A stretch of DNA of 64,000 nt, taken from the IMG/VR virus record IMGVR_UViG_3300042397_002774, positions 64,001 to 128,000 of that record; one strand, written 5' to 3'. A program made the position numbers and the translations under genes. Under the pieces are notes generated by a model. That model saw only the letters and a list, made by a program, of their open reading frames with translations, was not told where the DNA came from and did no database searches. This DNA is from a virus. This document shows, piece after piece, positions 10,310 to 19,198 of this stretch (position 1 is its first letter; the number at the start of each line of letters is the position of its first letter).

Positions 10310-10346
10310 AGTATTTTTTAATTAATTTGATTTAAATTATTCTGAT

Positions 10347-10354
10347 AATAAATA
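10347..10354 (-). promoter_or_regulatory. Putative late promoter motif
   Basis: ATATTTATT upstream of sheath gene. Confidence 0.55.
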
Positions 10355-10381
10355 TTCGGAAAAATACGTAACCGATTGGGG

Positions 10382-10642
10382 TTACGGTAAGATCTCACCT
10401 GTCTGGATGTCTAGATTTCCTTCTCCATATTTTTCACGGATCTTAGTAAGATAATCATCTTGACGTTGATAGTTAGATGTTATATCCCCGTATAATCCTG
10501 TTAATTCATTATCAATTGTTTTTAATTGATTTTCTAATTCGTGTTTTTCATACTGCAATTGACCAATTTCAAATATTGTTTTTGAATATTGTTCACGGAG
10601 CTGAGTAAGCTCAGTCATTTCTTGTTCTGTAATTTTATTCAT
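10382..10642 (-). CDS. Small coiled-coil hypothetical protein
   Basis: Heptad-rich; ends KYGEGNLDIQTGEI. Confidence 0.7.
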   Translation of the reverse strand: MNKITEQEMTELTQLREQYSKTIFEIGQLQYEKHELENQLKTIDNELTGLYGDITSNYQRQDDYLTKIREKYGEGNLDIQTGEILP

Positions 10643-10643
10643 A

Positions 10644-10871
10644 TTATTTTTCCCATTTATTTTTTGGACAACTTTTTTCTACAGGGCTAAATACCTTTTT
10701 ATTTAAAGGACACCCACAAGCATTACAATACCAGAAATTCATTACTTCTTGATGAGTTTTGTGTTCACAACCATCACATATTGATAGTCTATGTTCTGCT
10801 ATTAATTTTTGTTCAGGGGTTGGATTAGCTGCTGCTATCCATGCTTTTCCTATTTCTACTAGTTTGTTCAT
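10644..10871 (-). CDS. Small Cys-rich putative metal-binding protein (DUF6171-like)
   Basis: RLSICDGC...CNACGC...SCPKNKW. Confidence 0.65.
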   Translation of the reverse strand: MNKLVEIGKAWIAAANPTPEQKLIAEHRLSICDGCEHKTHQEVMNFWYCNACGCPLNKKVFSPVEKSCPKNKWEK

Positions 10872-10887
10872 ATAACTTAATTTAATA

Positions 10888-10912
10888 AAGAAAAGCCCCT
10901 AAATTAGAGGCT
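10888..10912 (-). terminator. Intrinsic terminator
   Basis: AGCCTCT/AGGGGCT stem plus TTTT on minus strand. Confidence 0.6.
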
Positions 10913-10937
10913 ATTTCTTCACTTTATATAGGGGGGA

Positions 10938-11408
10938 TTAGTCTTCAACTTTGATCAATTGGAAGAATGTTTGATAATTACCTTCTGTTTCTACATGAGC
11001 GAAATCGCTAATATTGAAAGGTTTATATTCTAATTCTCTTTCTTGATTCAACAAATCATTGTATTCCTTTTGGAATTCAAAGAAATCTTGGTTTGGTTCT
11101 GTTTTGAATTTTGGGTTACCTTCTTCGTCGACACCATCTTCTTTTCTGATAGATGGAGATAGTTGGTATCCACCACTTTCGTCGGTTGAACCATACTTCA
11201 TAATTAATTCATCACGAAGTTTGTTAATTGATTCTTTTTCAGAAGTCAATCTTTTATTTAAATCAGTGATCCAATACTTAGTAATCATATTAAGTTTTTC
11301 ACTTAATAGACCTTTAGAAATTGTTTCACCTGTTTGTTGGTTTACTAAACCATTAATTTCAGCTTCGAGATTTAAAAACTCGAATAATTTTAGACTAATT
11401 TTTTCCAT
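10938..11408 (-). CDS. Hypothetical acidic helical protein, 156 aa
   Basis: ORF track; co-oriented with neighbours. Confidence 0.7.
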   Translation of the reverse strand: MEKISLKLFEFLNLEAEINGLVNQQTGETISKGLLSEKLNMITKYWITDLNKRLTSEKESINKLRDELIMKYGSTDESGGYQLSPSIRKEDGVDEEGNPKFKTEPNQDFFEFQKEYNDLLNQERELEYKPFNISDFAHVETEGNYQTFFQLIKVED

Positions 11409-11423
11409 AACTGTAGTTGTTTC

Positions 11424-11672
11424 TTATTTTGTTTTCTTTGGTGCTTTTGTTTTTGGAGCTGCTTCAGGTTTTGTTTTAGGAGCTTTAGAAGTTTTAGCTT
11501 TAGCTTCTTTTACTACTTCTTTAACTTCTTCAACCACTTCTTTTACTGCTTCAATTTTTGATTCAATTGCATCAGGAATGTTGTTGTTGTTTGCATCGGC
11601 TATTTTACCCTTTCTCATTAGAACAAAGGTAACAGCGGCCACGAGTACTAATACGATAATAAGTGTTAACAT
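11424..11672 (-). CDS. Small single-pass membrane protein
   Basis: N-terminal hydrophobic helix, DANNNNIPD loop, Lys/Pro-rich tail. Confidence 0.7.
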   Translation of the reverse strand: MLTLIIVLVLVAAVTFVLMRKGKIADANNNNIPDAIESKIEAVKEVVEEVKEVVKEAKAKTSKAPKTKPEAAPKTKAPKKTK

Positions 11673-11694
11673 GTTTTATATTTTTTTGTTCGTA

Positions 11695-11702
11695 TATAAA
11701 TA
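11695..11702 (-). promoter_or_regulatory. Putative late promoter motif
   Basis: ATATTTATA upstream of 11672 start. Confidence 0.6.
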
Positions 11703-11727
11703 TATAAGAAGGTCCAAAAACGCAATC

Positions 11728-11958
11728 TTATAAAGAAGAAAGACGAGTTTCTATTTCCTGTCTAGCAGCAATGAATGCTTCTTCTGTTGATTCTTCAATA
11801 ACATTATTAGCTAAATCCTCAGCTATTTTATTATAAAAAGAAGCTGGAGCTGTAACACGGATTGAACAGTCATTAGGTTCGTTCATTAAAACGATAATTT
11901 TTTGAGTATCGGTATCTACCGATAAATGCATTTGATTTCTTTTGTAATAATTTATCAT
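11728..11958 (-). CDS. Hypothetical protein (possible fibre assembly factor)
   Basis: ORF track; last gene of the fibre operon beginning at 15619. Confidence 0.55.
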   Translation of the reverse strand: MINYYKRNQMHLSVDTDTQKIIVLMNEPNDCSIRVTAPASFYNKIAEDLANNVIEESTEEAFIAARQEIETRLSSL

Positions 11959-11971
11959 AAATTTTTATTTA

Positions 11972-12373
11972 TTAAGGTTGGGGAGGTAAACATGTATTAC
12001 AACTATAATAATAACATGGATTTGGATATGGATCACAATCATACTCATAACAACTACAATAATAACTACTACCACATCCACAAGAAGCACTATTAGACTC
12101 TATAAAAGTACTATAAGTACCACAATTTCCATTAGCATATACATAATATAGATCACAACCACTACAACTAGTATTGAGAAATGTTCCGTCTGGTTGGCAG
12201 CTACTACAAGCTGTTATAGCTGTAATCATACCTGATGAGTTGATTGAATATACGTTAGTTCCATTAGAAACCCAACCAGCGCTTACAATAGTTGTTCTTT
12301 TCTCATCCGTGTATAAATAACACCCCACTGATAAAGAAGAGCAATAAGTATAAAAATATAAACATTGAGCCAT
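11972..12373 (-). CDS. Cys/Tyr-rich fibre-associated protein
   Basis: 16 Cys in 133 aa; downstream of a collagen fibre. Confidence 0.7.
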   Translation of the reverse strand: MAQCLYFYTYCSSLSVGCYLYTDEKRTTIVSAGWVSNGTNVYSINSSGMITAITACSSCQPDGTFLNTSCSGCDLYYVYANGNCGTYSTFIESNSASCGCGSSYYCSCYEYDCDPYPNPCYYYSCNTCLPPQP

Positions 12374-12389
12374 AATTTAATTTTTTATT

Positions 12390-13181
12390 TTAACAAGTTC
12401 CTTCTCCTCCTGAATAACAACACACACAATCACCTGTCCCAGTAGCTGCTAAGGTACAAGCCTCACTAGCTGAAACTGAGCTATAGCATTGGAAATTTGG
12501 ATGAGCTACTAATGAATAAGCTTTAATATAATAATTAGTATTAGCTTGAACAGTAAATGTATAAGATAATGATTGAAGAGTTGATGATGTATTGTTAAAT
12601 GGTTTAAATATTTGTTGATTGCTAATTAAAGTTCCATTAGCAGATACTTCTAAAAAACCAAATCCAGGAGCATCCCACCCATAACTAGCCCCATCAGGAT
12701 TTATTAGTCCAAAATTTGCTTGAACATAAACACTATTTCCTACCCTAACAACTGCATTCATTTGAGGTGAATATTGTGGATTTCCAAAGAACATCCCATC
12801 TAAATTATTAGCAGGATCTAATCTAAGAGCAGATCCATTAACAAAACCAAATAAATCCACATTTTGATAAGGATTTGTCTCTTGACTCATCTCAAATAAT
12901 ACTGAAGATGCTCTTAAAGGATTTAAATAATTCCAATTACAGGTTAGATTAGGAGAAGGTCCAGTAGAAAAATTAACTCCATCTTGAAAACTACTATTAG
13001 GTATAAAAGACCCATCAGGAGAATCTCCAGTGTAAACATGAACTCTATTAGCTACTTCTTGTCGAGTTAAACAACGATTTGTAGCAGGAATAGATTGACC
13101 AGCCTTTAAGCCAAGTAAATTTTCATTTACCATAGCTTGGAGTTCATTTCCTGTTATTTGAAAATTGCTGCTTCTAGCCAT
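12390..13181 (-). CDS. Putative fibre-associated (adhesin-like) protein with Cys-rich C-terminus
   Basis: Beta-rich; TAATG coupling with the upstream fibre stop; ends CVCCYSGGEGTC. Confidence 0.6.
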   Translation of the reverse strand: MARSSNFQITGNELQAMVNENLLGLKAGQSIPATNRCLTRQEVANRVHVYTGDSPDGSFIPNSSFQDGVNFSTGPSPNLTCNWNYLNPLRASSVLFEMSQETNPYQNVDLFGFVNGSALRLDPANNLDGMFFGNPQYSPQMNAVVRVGNSVYVQANFGLINPDGASYGWDAPGFGFLEVSANGTLISNQQIFKPFNNTSSTLQSLSYTFTVQANTNYYIKAYSLVAHPNFQCYSSVSASEACTLAATGTGDCVCCYSGGEGTC

Positions 13182-15619
13182 TATTTAGATTCTAATTCTT
13201 TTATTCTAGCTTCTAATTGTTGAATTGCTTTTATTAACACACCTACTGTTGATGGAACATCCATCGTATTTTTCTTTGGAGTAGATAGATCTGATGGAGT
13301 ATCTTCAGCTATAAAACCAATGTGAGGTCTATTGTCTTTATCATCCTTATAATTAAATGACACTACATTAACTTTATTTAATATATCTAAAGCATCACTT
13401 TCATAAGGAATAATATTATACTTTAAATAGCGAGAAGAAATTTGGTAGAATCCTTCAGCTTCAATAGTATTCCCACTTACTCTAATTTGTGAGTTAGTTG
13501 TGGCTCCAGTTGAGGTACCATTGCTAATTAATAAAGCATTATTTGTTGCTGGTGAAATTGCATTAAACCCAGGGCCTGTTGAACCTTGGTCGCCTTTGTC
13601 GCCTTTGAATCCTTGAAAACCTCTATCGCCTTGATCACCTTTAGTTCCTTTATCACCTTGGTCGCCTTTAGTTCCTTTATCACCTTGGTCGCCTTTAGTT
13701 CCTTTATCACCTTGGTCGCCTTTGTCGCCTTTAGTTCCTTTATCACCTTGGTCGCCTTTGTCGCCTTTAGTTCCTTTATCACCTTGGTCGCCTTTATCAC
13801 CCTTATCACCTTTTAAACCTTTATCACCTTGGTCGCCTTTATCACCCTTATCACCTTTTAAACCTATATCACCTTGGTCTCCCTTATCACCCTTATCTCC
13901 TTTAAATCCTTGATCTCCCTTGTCGCCTTTATCGCCTTTAAATCCTTGATCTCCCTTGTCGCCTTTATCACCTTTTAAACCTATATCGCCTTTGAATCCT
14001 TGAAAGCCTCTATCACCTTGGTCGCCTTTATCACCTTTTAAACCTCTATCACCTTGAGGACCAGCTACTGTTGAATTTGCACCTTGAAAGCCTTGGTCGC
14101 CTTTGTCGCCTTTGTCGCCTTTGAATCCTTGGAAGCCTCTATCGCCTTGGTCGCCTTTGTCGCCTTTGAATCCTTGGAAGCCTCTATCGCCTTGGTCGCC
14201 TTTGTCACCTTTGAATCCTTGGAAGCCTTGATCACCCTTATCTCCCTTATCACCTTTAAAGCCTTGGTCGCCTTGATCGCCTTTTAATCCTGTAGCTCCT
14301 TGAAAACCTTGAACTCCATTAGTTCCATTTGTACCTGCAATACCTTGAGGACCTGTAGCTCCTTGCGGTCCTGTATCTCCTCTATCTCCAGTTCTTGCAA
14401 ATGTAACAATTATATCTAAATCATTTGTGAATGAACTTACTCCTGATAACCATGTAATAGGTACTCCAAAATAGTTTGTATTATGGGTGTGGGCTCCAGT
14501 TATTGCAAATAAAGCAAAATTTGTTGTGCTACCTTTTTCAGTTACAGTAAAGTGTCCTTTAATTGCTGATGTTGAGTCATCAACTGTTTGTAAATAATTG
14601 TATACAGAAACACTAGCATCATCTACTTCACTTATATATAATTCTGAAGCTGATGATAATACTAAGTTATTAAATTTTAATTTTCCATTTCCAGGAATTG
14701 TGTTTGAGGTGTTTGTACTAAATGTATAATCAAAAGCAGCACCGCCAAAATTACCTGTTAAACCTTGATGGCCTTGAGGACCTTGTACTCCTTGAATACC
14801 TTGAGCTCCTGTACCTACAGCTCCTTGAATACCTTGTGGGCCTTGGTTACCTTGAGGACCAGGAATTATAGAATCATTACCTACATGACCTTGAATACCT
14901 TGAACACCAACAGGGCCTTGGATACCTTGATCACCTATAGGACCTTGATGACCTTGATCACCTTTAGCTCCTTGGTCGCCTTTTATACCTATACTACCTT
15001 GTATACCAACAGGACCTTGATCTCCTTGATCACCTTTAAACCCTTGGTCACCTTTAGTACCTTGCACACCTATACTTCCTTGCACACCAACGGGACCTTG
15101 TACACCTTGATCGCCTTTAAATCCTTGATCGCCTTTTGATCCTTGAACACCTATGCTTCCTTGTACACCGATTGGACCTTGAATACCTTGATCACCTATA
15201 CTTCCTTGATCACCTTTTACTCCTATACTTCCTTGTGCACCAATACTTCCTTGTGCACCAACCCCACCTTGAAATCCTACTGGGCCTTGAAGACCTGTAG
15301 GGCCTTGATGACCTTGGTCGCCTTTTGACCCTTGAACTCCATTTGAACCTTGTACACCTTGAGCCCCATGATCACCTTGATCACCTTTAGTACCTTGTAT
15401 ACCAATACTACCTTGAACACCAACAGGGCCTTGAAGACCTTGAGATCCTGTTGTTCCTTGAGGTCCTTGTGCACCTACAGTTCCTTGGATACCTTGAGCT
15501 CCTTGAGCACCATTTGATATTGTAATTTGATTTATACTACCACTCAATTCGGTCCAGTTATCATCCATTTCCTGCCAAGTAAGTGGACGTAAGAGGTTTG
15601 ATCTTAAAGATAAAGCCAT
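13181..15619 (-). CDS. Collagen-like fibre protein with C-terminal S74-type intramolecular chaperone, 812 aa
   Basis: N-terminal LTWQEMDDNW anchor; two long Gly-X-Y tracts; SSRYLKYNI...HIGFIAED...LIKAIQQL. Confidence 0.85.
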   Translation of the reverse strand: MALSLRSNLLRPLTWQEMDDNWTELSGSINQITISNGAQGAQGIQGTVGAQGPQGTTGSQGLQGPVGVQGSIGIQGTKGDQGDHGAQGVQGSNGVQGSKGDQGHQGPTGLQGPVGFQGGVGAQGSIGAQGSIGVKGDQGSIGDQGIQGPIGVQGSIGVQGSKGDQGFKGDQGVQGPVGVQGSIGVQGTKGDQGFKGDQGDQGPVGIQGSIGIKGDQGAKGDQGHQGPIGDQGIQGPVGVQGIQGHVGNDSIIPGPQGNQGPQGIQGAVGTGAQGIQGVQGPQGHQGLTGNFGGAAFDYTFSTNTSNTIPGNGKLKFNNLVLSSASELYISEVDDASVSVYNYLQTVDDSTSAIKGHFTVTEKGSTTNFALFAITGAHTHNTNYFGVPITWLSGVSSFTNDLDIIVTFARTGDRGDTGPQGATGPQGIAGTNGTNGVQGFQGATGLKGDQGDQGFKGDKGDKGDQGFQGFKGDKGDQGDRGFQGFKGDKGDQGDRGFQGFKGDKGDKGDQGFQGANSTVAGPQGDRGLKGDKGDQGDRGFQGFKGDIGLKGDKGDKGDQGFKGDKGDKGDQGFKGDKGDKGDQGDIGLKGDKGDKGDQGDKGLKGDKGDKGDQGDKGTKGDKGDQGDKGTKGDKGDQGDKGTKGDQGDKGTKGDQGDKGTKGDQGDRGFQGFKGDKGDQGSTGPGFNAISPATNNALLISNGTSTGATTNSQIRVSGNTIEAEGFYQISSRYLKYNIIPYESDALDILNKVNVVSFNYKDDKDNRPHIGFIAEDTPSDLSTPKKNTMDVPSTVGVLIKAIQQLEARIKELESK
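13568..14390 (-). repeat. Collagen Gly-X-Y tract rich in GDK/GDQ/GFK with 9/27/36-bp tandem units
   Basis: e.g. ccttggtcgcctttagttcctttatca repeated around 13640-13790. Confidence 0.9.
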
Positions 15620-15641
15620 AATTATTTTTTAATTTGTCACG

Positions 15642-15649
15642 TATAAATA
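15642..15649 (-). promoter_or_regulatory. Putative late promoter motif
   Basis: ATATTTATA upstream of 15619 start. Confidence 0.6.
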
Positions 15650-15650
15650 T

Positions 15651-15677
15651 GAAAGGGGATGATTGCTCACCCCCTTC
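15651..15677 (-). terminator. Probable intrinsic terminator
   Basis: AAGGGGGTGA/TCATCCCCTT stem followed by short T-run on minus strand. Confidence 0.55.
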
Positions 15678-15701
15678 TAAAAATATATATTAATATTTTA
15701 A

Positions 15702-16166
15702 TTAACAGTCTTCGTAGCTACCAGTACCGAATACTTCAGCAACTTTTTCTTTCAATTTAGCATAACCAAATTCAAAGATATTTGCTTCTTCTACTTCAGT
15801 AAAATCTGGAATCATTACAGTAACGCTTTCAGAAACTGTAGTTTCTACGTTAGTATAAGTAATACTTCCTGATGCATCTACACTTTGAGAAGGTACATTT
15901 ACTGTTCTGTAAACAACACTTTCAGATGGAACTCTTAAATCAACATATAAGTTATCACCAATTTGTTGGTTACGAGCTATTGTTCCCATTCCTCCAGGAC
16001 CTGGGTACAAATTAGATGCTGATGTTGCTGATTCTGCGTCTAAAAATAATTGAGTTTGAAAATTAGCAAATCCACCTTTCTGAATTTGGTAATTTGTAAT
16101 ACGAAGGTATGCTTCGCTTGTGATACCTAAATCAGTACCAATTTGAGTTGTAATTCTAATTGCCAT
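15702..16166 (-). CDS. Hypothetical fibre-associated protein, 154 aa (start re-called to MAIRITTQ)
   Basis: Motif at 16190 lies just upstream of ATG 16166; the longer start overlaps the neighbouring gene. Confidence 0.65.
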   Translation of the reverse strand: MAIRITTQIGTDLGITSEAYLRITNYQIQKGGFANFQTQLFLDAESATSASNLYPGPGGMGTIARNQQIGDNLYVDLRVPSESVVYRTVNVPSQSVDASGSITYTNVETTVSESVTVMIPDFTEVEEANIFEFGYAKLKEKVAEVFGTGSYEDC

Positions 16167-16189
16167 TGTTGTATAGTTGTTTTTACGTG

Positions 16190-16197
16190 AATAAATA
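16190..16197 (-). promoter_or_regulatory. Putative late promoter motif
   Basis: ATATTTATT upstream of 16166. Confidence 0.55.
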
Positions 16198-16788
16198 TTA
16201 GCGATAATGTTCTCCCCCAAGCCATAATACAAAAGATCTACGAGTTCCTACAGTTACTGGTGAAACGCGGTGCATCATATATGAAGGAAATATAACTACT
16301 GTGCCTCTGCCACGAGGAGCTGTGATATGCCCTTTACCTCCTTGCCAAATATCTAAATCTCCACCCTCATATTCGCTAGGATCGGATAATTGGACCGTAA
16401 TAGACACTTTACGGAGCGATAACATCCCAGGCCCAATGTCTTGATGCCAGATGTAATGCCCTCCTTCTGAAGCGTAGTATTCAGTGTATTGTATTTGTTC
16501 TGGGGCTGAATGTAGGTCAAAATCCCATAAAGATTTATTAGCTTCAGCAGCCATATCCATTAATTTACCATATAGCCAATTCCATTTCATATTTTGTGGA
16601 ATCCATTTAATAGATGATGAGCGAGCTTCTTTATTATCACCACCAATTGTGGTAGCTTGAACAAAGTCAATCTCAGCAACATCTTTGTAAATTTTGTCTA
16701 GTTCTTCATTATTAAAACCTTTATCAAAATAATAATAATTTTGAAGATCAACGTGTTTTTTAGAAAATAAATAGCCTGTTTGTACCAT
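16198..16788 (-). CDS. 2OG-Fe(II) oxygenase (PKHD/prolyl-hydroxylase-like)
   Basis: YIWHQD (HxD), RKVSITVQLS..SEYEGGDL, FPSYMMHRVSPVTVGTRRSFVLW. Confidence 0.9.
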   Translation of the reverse strand: MVQTGYLFSKKHVDLQNYYYFDKGFNNEELDKIYKDVAEIDFVQATTIGGDNKEARSSSIKWIPQNMKWNWLYGKLMDMAAEANKSLWDFDLHSAPEQIQYTEYYASEGGHYIWHQDIGPGMLSLRKVSITVQLSDPSEYEGGDLDIWQGGKGHITAPRGRGTVVIFPSYMMHRVSPVTVGTRRSFVLWLGGEHYR

Positions 16789-16797
16789 TTTTATATT

Positions 16798-17370
16798 TTA
16801 TTCTGTTTCGAAAATATTCATTTTACTTGAGTATGGCTCTTCAGCCCATAAATTTATAGCAATTGCTCTTCTAGTTCCTGTTAAAACAGTATCAACTCTA
16901 TGAGGCACTTTTCCAGCATCGAAAATAATTAAACGATTTGGCCTACACAATATAATATCAGGAGAGTTAGATTCACCATCAGTATAAACATTTAATGCAC
17001 CTCCAGTAAATTCTGATCCTATTGGATAGTATACACATCCAATTGTAGGTGTCATTCTATCTCCTGTAGCTTTTCTATATGCAACATCATCATCATAATG
17101 CATTTCTAGATAATTTCTAAATCTCCCATTAGGATCTGCTTCTTGAACACCTGTCCAATATTCAAATCCATCAATTGTATATAGTTTATTAAGTGGGCAA
17201 TTATTTCGCCAAATATATTCTATTAACTTCTTTTTAACAGTGTTTACTTCATCATTCCACCACCCTTTCCAATAATAATACACACCAGGATCTTGAAAGA
17301 AAGTGGTATCATTTGTAATCTCATCTAATAATGTTTGATCTGTTATAAAATCATCAAATACTGTTATCAT
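16798..17370 (-). CDS. 2OG-Fe(II) oxygenase
   Basis: MHYD (HxD), FTGGAL, NRLIIFDAGKVPHRV...GTRRAIAINLW. Confidence 0.85.
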   Translation of the reverse strand: MITVFDDFITDQTLLDEITNDTTFFQDPGVYYYWKGWWNDEVNTVKKKLIEYIWRNNCPLNKLYTIDGFEYWTGVQEADPNGRFRNYLEMHYDDDVAYRKATGDRMTPTIGCVYYPIGSEFTGGALNVYTDGESNSPDIILCRPNRLIIFDAGKVPHRVDTVLTGTRRAIAINLWAEEPYSSKMNIFETE

Positions 17371-17374
17371 TTTG

Positions 17375-19198
17375 TTATTGTTGTGGGTTATAAATATAAT
17401 TTACATATCCTTCATCTTTACCAAATCTACTTTCAACCCATAGTGGATGTGATGGATTTTCTTTGTAAGCCCAATCTTCTTTTCCTAATTCTTCAAAACG
17501 TTTAGCTATTCTTTCGTTGTAATGATACATAATTGTTCTTACTCTACGTTGAATATCTGCACGAGATAAATCATGGGTATTTTGACCTGTATGGTTGTTG
17601 TAAATGAATTGGATGTAACCAATTTTATTTATTTTACAAATTTTGGTGTGTAAAAATGTTCTAACTATTAATTCATAATCATCAGCAATCGCTAAATCTC
17701 TATTATGTCCACCAACAGCAAAATATGTATCTCTTCTCCAAGCACGAACGTGATTTGGAACACCAACAATATGTCTGATTGTTTTAGGGTTAATGTTTTG
17801 TGTAATTACAACATCCCATTCAAATCCTCTATATTTTTCTTTTCTATATTTACCATATCCAAAAGCAAATCCATCATCATATGTTAACGATTCCCAATTT
17901 TCATCTATTTCTACACTATCATTAAAGAAGAAACCAGCATCTGGGTGTGCTATTGAAGCATTGATTAGATCCATTGTACAATTGTCTGTTAATAAATCAT
18001 CATGATCTAATTCTGCTAATAAGAATCCTCTTGTTAAACAAGCGGCTCTGTATTTTGATTCTCCAATAATACCTCCTGTTTTTTCTCTAAAATCATATAC
18101 TTTTACTCTTGGATCTCGTTTAGCAATTTCTTCTGCTATTTTAAGTGTTTTACCACCATCAGATGAATCGTTAACCATTACCCATTCCCAATCTTGATAA
18201 GTTTGTTCAAGCAGTGAACGATAAGTATTCCATAATTTATTTCCAGTATTATATATTGGTGTAAAATATGATACTAAATGTTCATTTGATGCTGTTAGCA
18301 TTTGATTCATAGCTACATTGTAAGCTATATCTCCATTTTCAACATCATCTTTTTCAACATTTAACCATTTTTTTCTTACCTCTAAAGGTTGATTAGTTAA
18401 ATTAGTAAATTCTGAAAAATGTTTTCCAATAGTGATAATTGAATCTGGTTTAAAAGATGTTAATAGTTCTTCTATATTGTAATCATTTGAAATATTTAAT
18501 ACATCTAAACTTACGTCTTCATATCCTAAATGTTTAGTACTTTCTAATTTTGCTGTACCACCTACATAAAGTACTTTAGGTACTCTTGCTTTTTTCTCTT
18601 TTGTTAAGTAATTGTAATAACAAAGTTCTGAATGAATAAAATGAAATTTATCTGAAAATTGTTTATATAGATTTTCAATAAATACACCATCACCACAATA
18701 TCCACCTTCATATCTACCTTGTGTATATAAACTTTGTTTGATAACATATTGAGCGGAGTCTATGTGTCTTAGCTTCATATGTTCAGGGCCTACTTTTCTA
18801 ACATCTAGGCCTGTAAAATCCTTCTTATTAACAAACTGCTCATAAACAAAAGCATCTTTATCAGGATTAGATTCAATTTCTGATTTGATAGTATTATAGA
18901 AGTCAGGATGGACAATATTATCATCATCCAATATTACTATATAAGTGTCTTTATGTAATTTATCAATAATATCACTTAATTGAGGATACAAATAATCAGA
19001 TCCATCTCCTTTTATAAAGTGAAATCTAGTATTTGGACTTTGTAACTCATTCAACATTTCAGCATCAATGTCTTTTAATGTTGTTGTATCAAAGATAATA
19101 TGCCAAACTACATTTATCGGACTTGGAAATACCGATTTTTTTATTGTCAATAAGTTTTGCTGACGCGTACAACGCGTTAATATATGTAATGTTACCAT
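17375..19198 (-). CDS. Two-domain GT-A/GT2 glycosyltransferase
   Basis: N-domain with ILDDDN; C-domain VSYFTPIYN...QTYQDWEWVMVNDSSD...ELDHDD...DDYELIVR. Confidence 0.9.
   Translation of the reverse strand: MVTLHILTRCTRQQNLLTIKKSVFPSPINVVWHIIFDTTTLKDIDAEMLNELQSPNTRFHFIKGDGSDYLYPQLSDIIDKLHKDTYIVILDDDNIVHPDFYNTIKSEIESNPDKDAFVYEQFVNKKDFTGLDVRKVGPEHMKLRHIDSAQYVIKQSLYTQGRYEGGYCGDGVFIENLYKQFSDKFHFIHSELCYYNYLTKEKKARVPKVLYVGGTAKLESTKHLGYEDVSLDVLNISNDYNIEELLTSFKPDSIITIGKHFSEFTNLTNQPLEVRKKWLNVEKDDVENGDIAYNVAMNQMLTASNEHLVSYFTPIYNTGNKLWNTYRSLLEQTYQDWEWVMVNDSSDGGKTLKIAEEIAKRDPRVKVYDFREKTGGIIGESKYRAACLTRGFLLAELDHDDLLTDNCTMDLINASIAHPDAGFFFNDSVEIDENWESLTYDDGFAFGYGKYRKEKYRGFEWDVVITQNINPKTIRHIVGVPNHVRAWRRDTYFAVGGHNRDLAIADDYELIVRTFLHTKICKINKIGYIQFIYNNHTGQNTHDLSRADIQRRVRTIMYHYNERIAKRFEELGKEDWAYKENPSHPLWVESRFGKDEGYVNYIYNPQQ
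17389..17396 (-). promoter_or_regulatory. Putative late promoter motif inside the 3' end of the GT gene
   Basis: ATATTTATA ~19 nt upstream of 17370 start. Confidence 0.4.

Noticed and set aside
11059-11733. 224-aa plus-strand ORF
   Set aside because: Antisense to two coherent minus-strand genes; low-complexity mirror composition.
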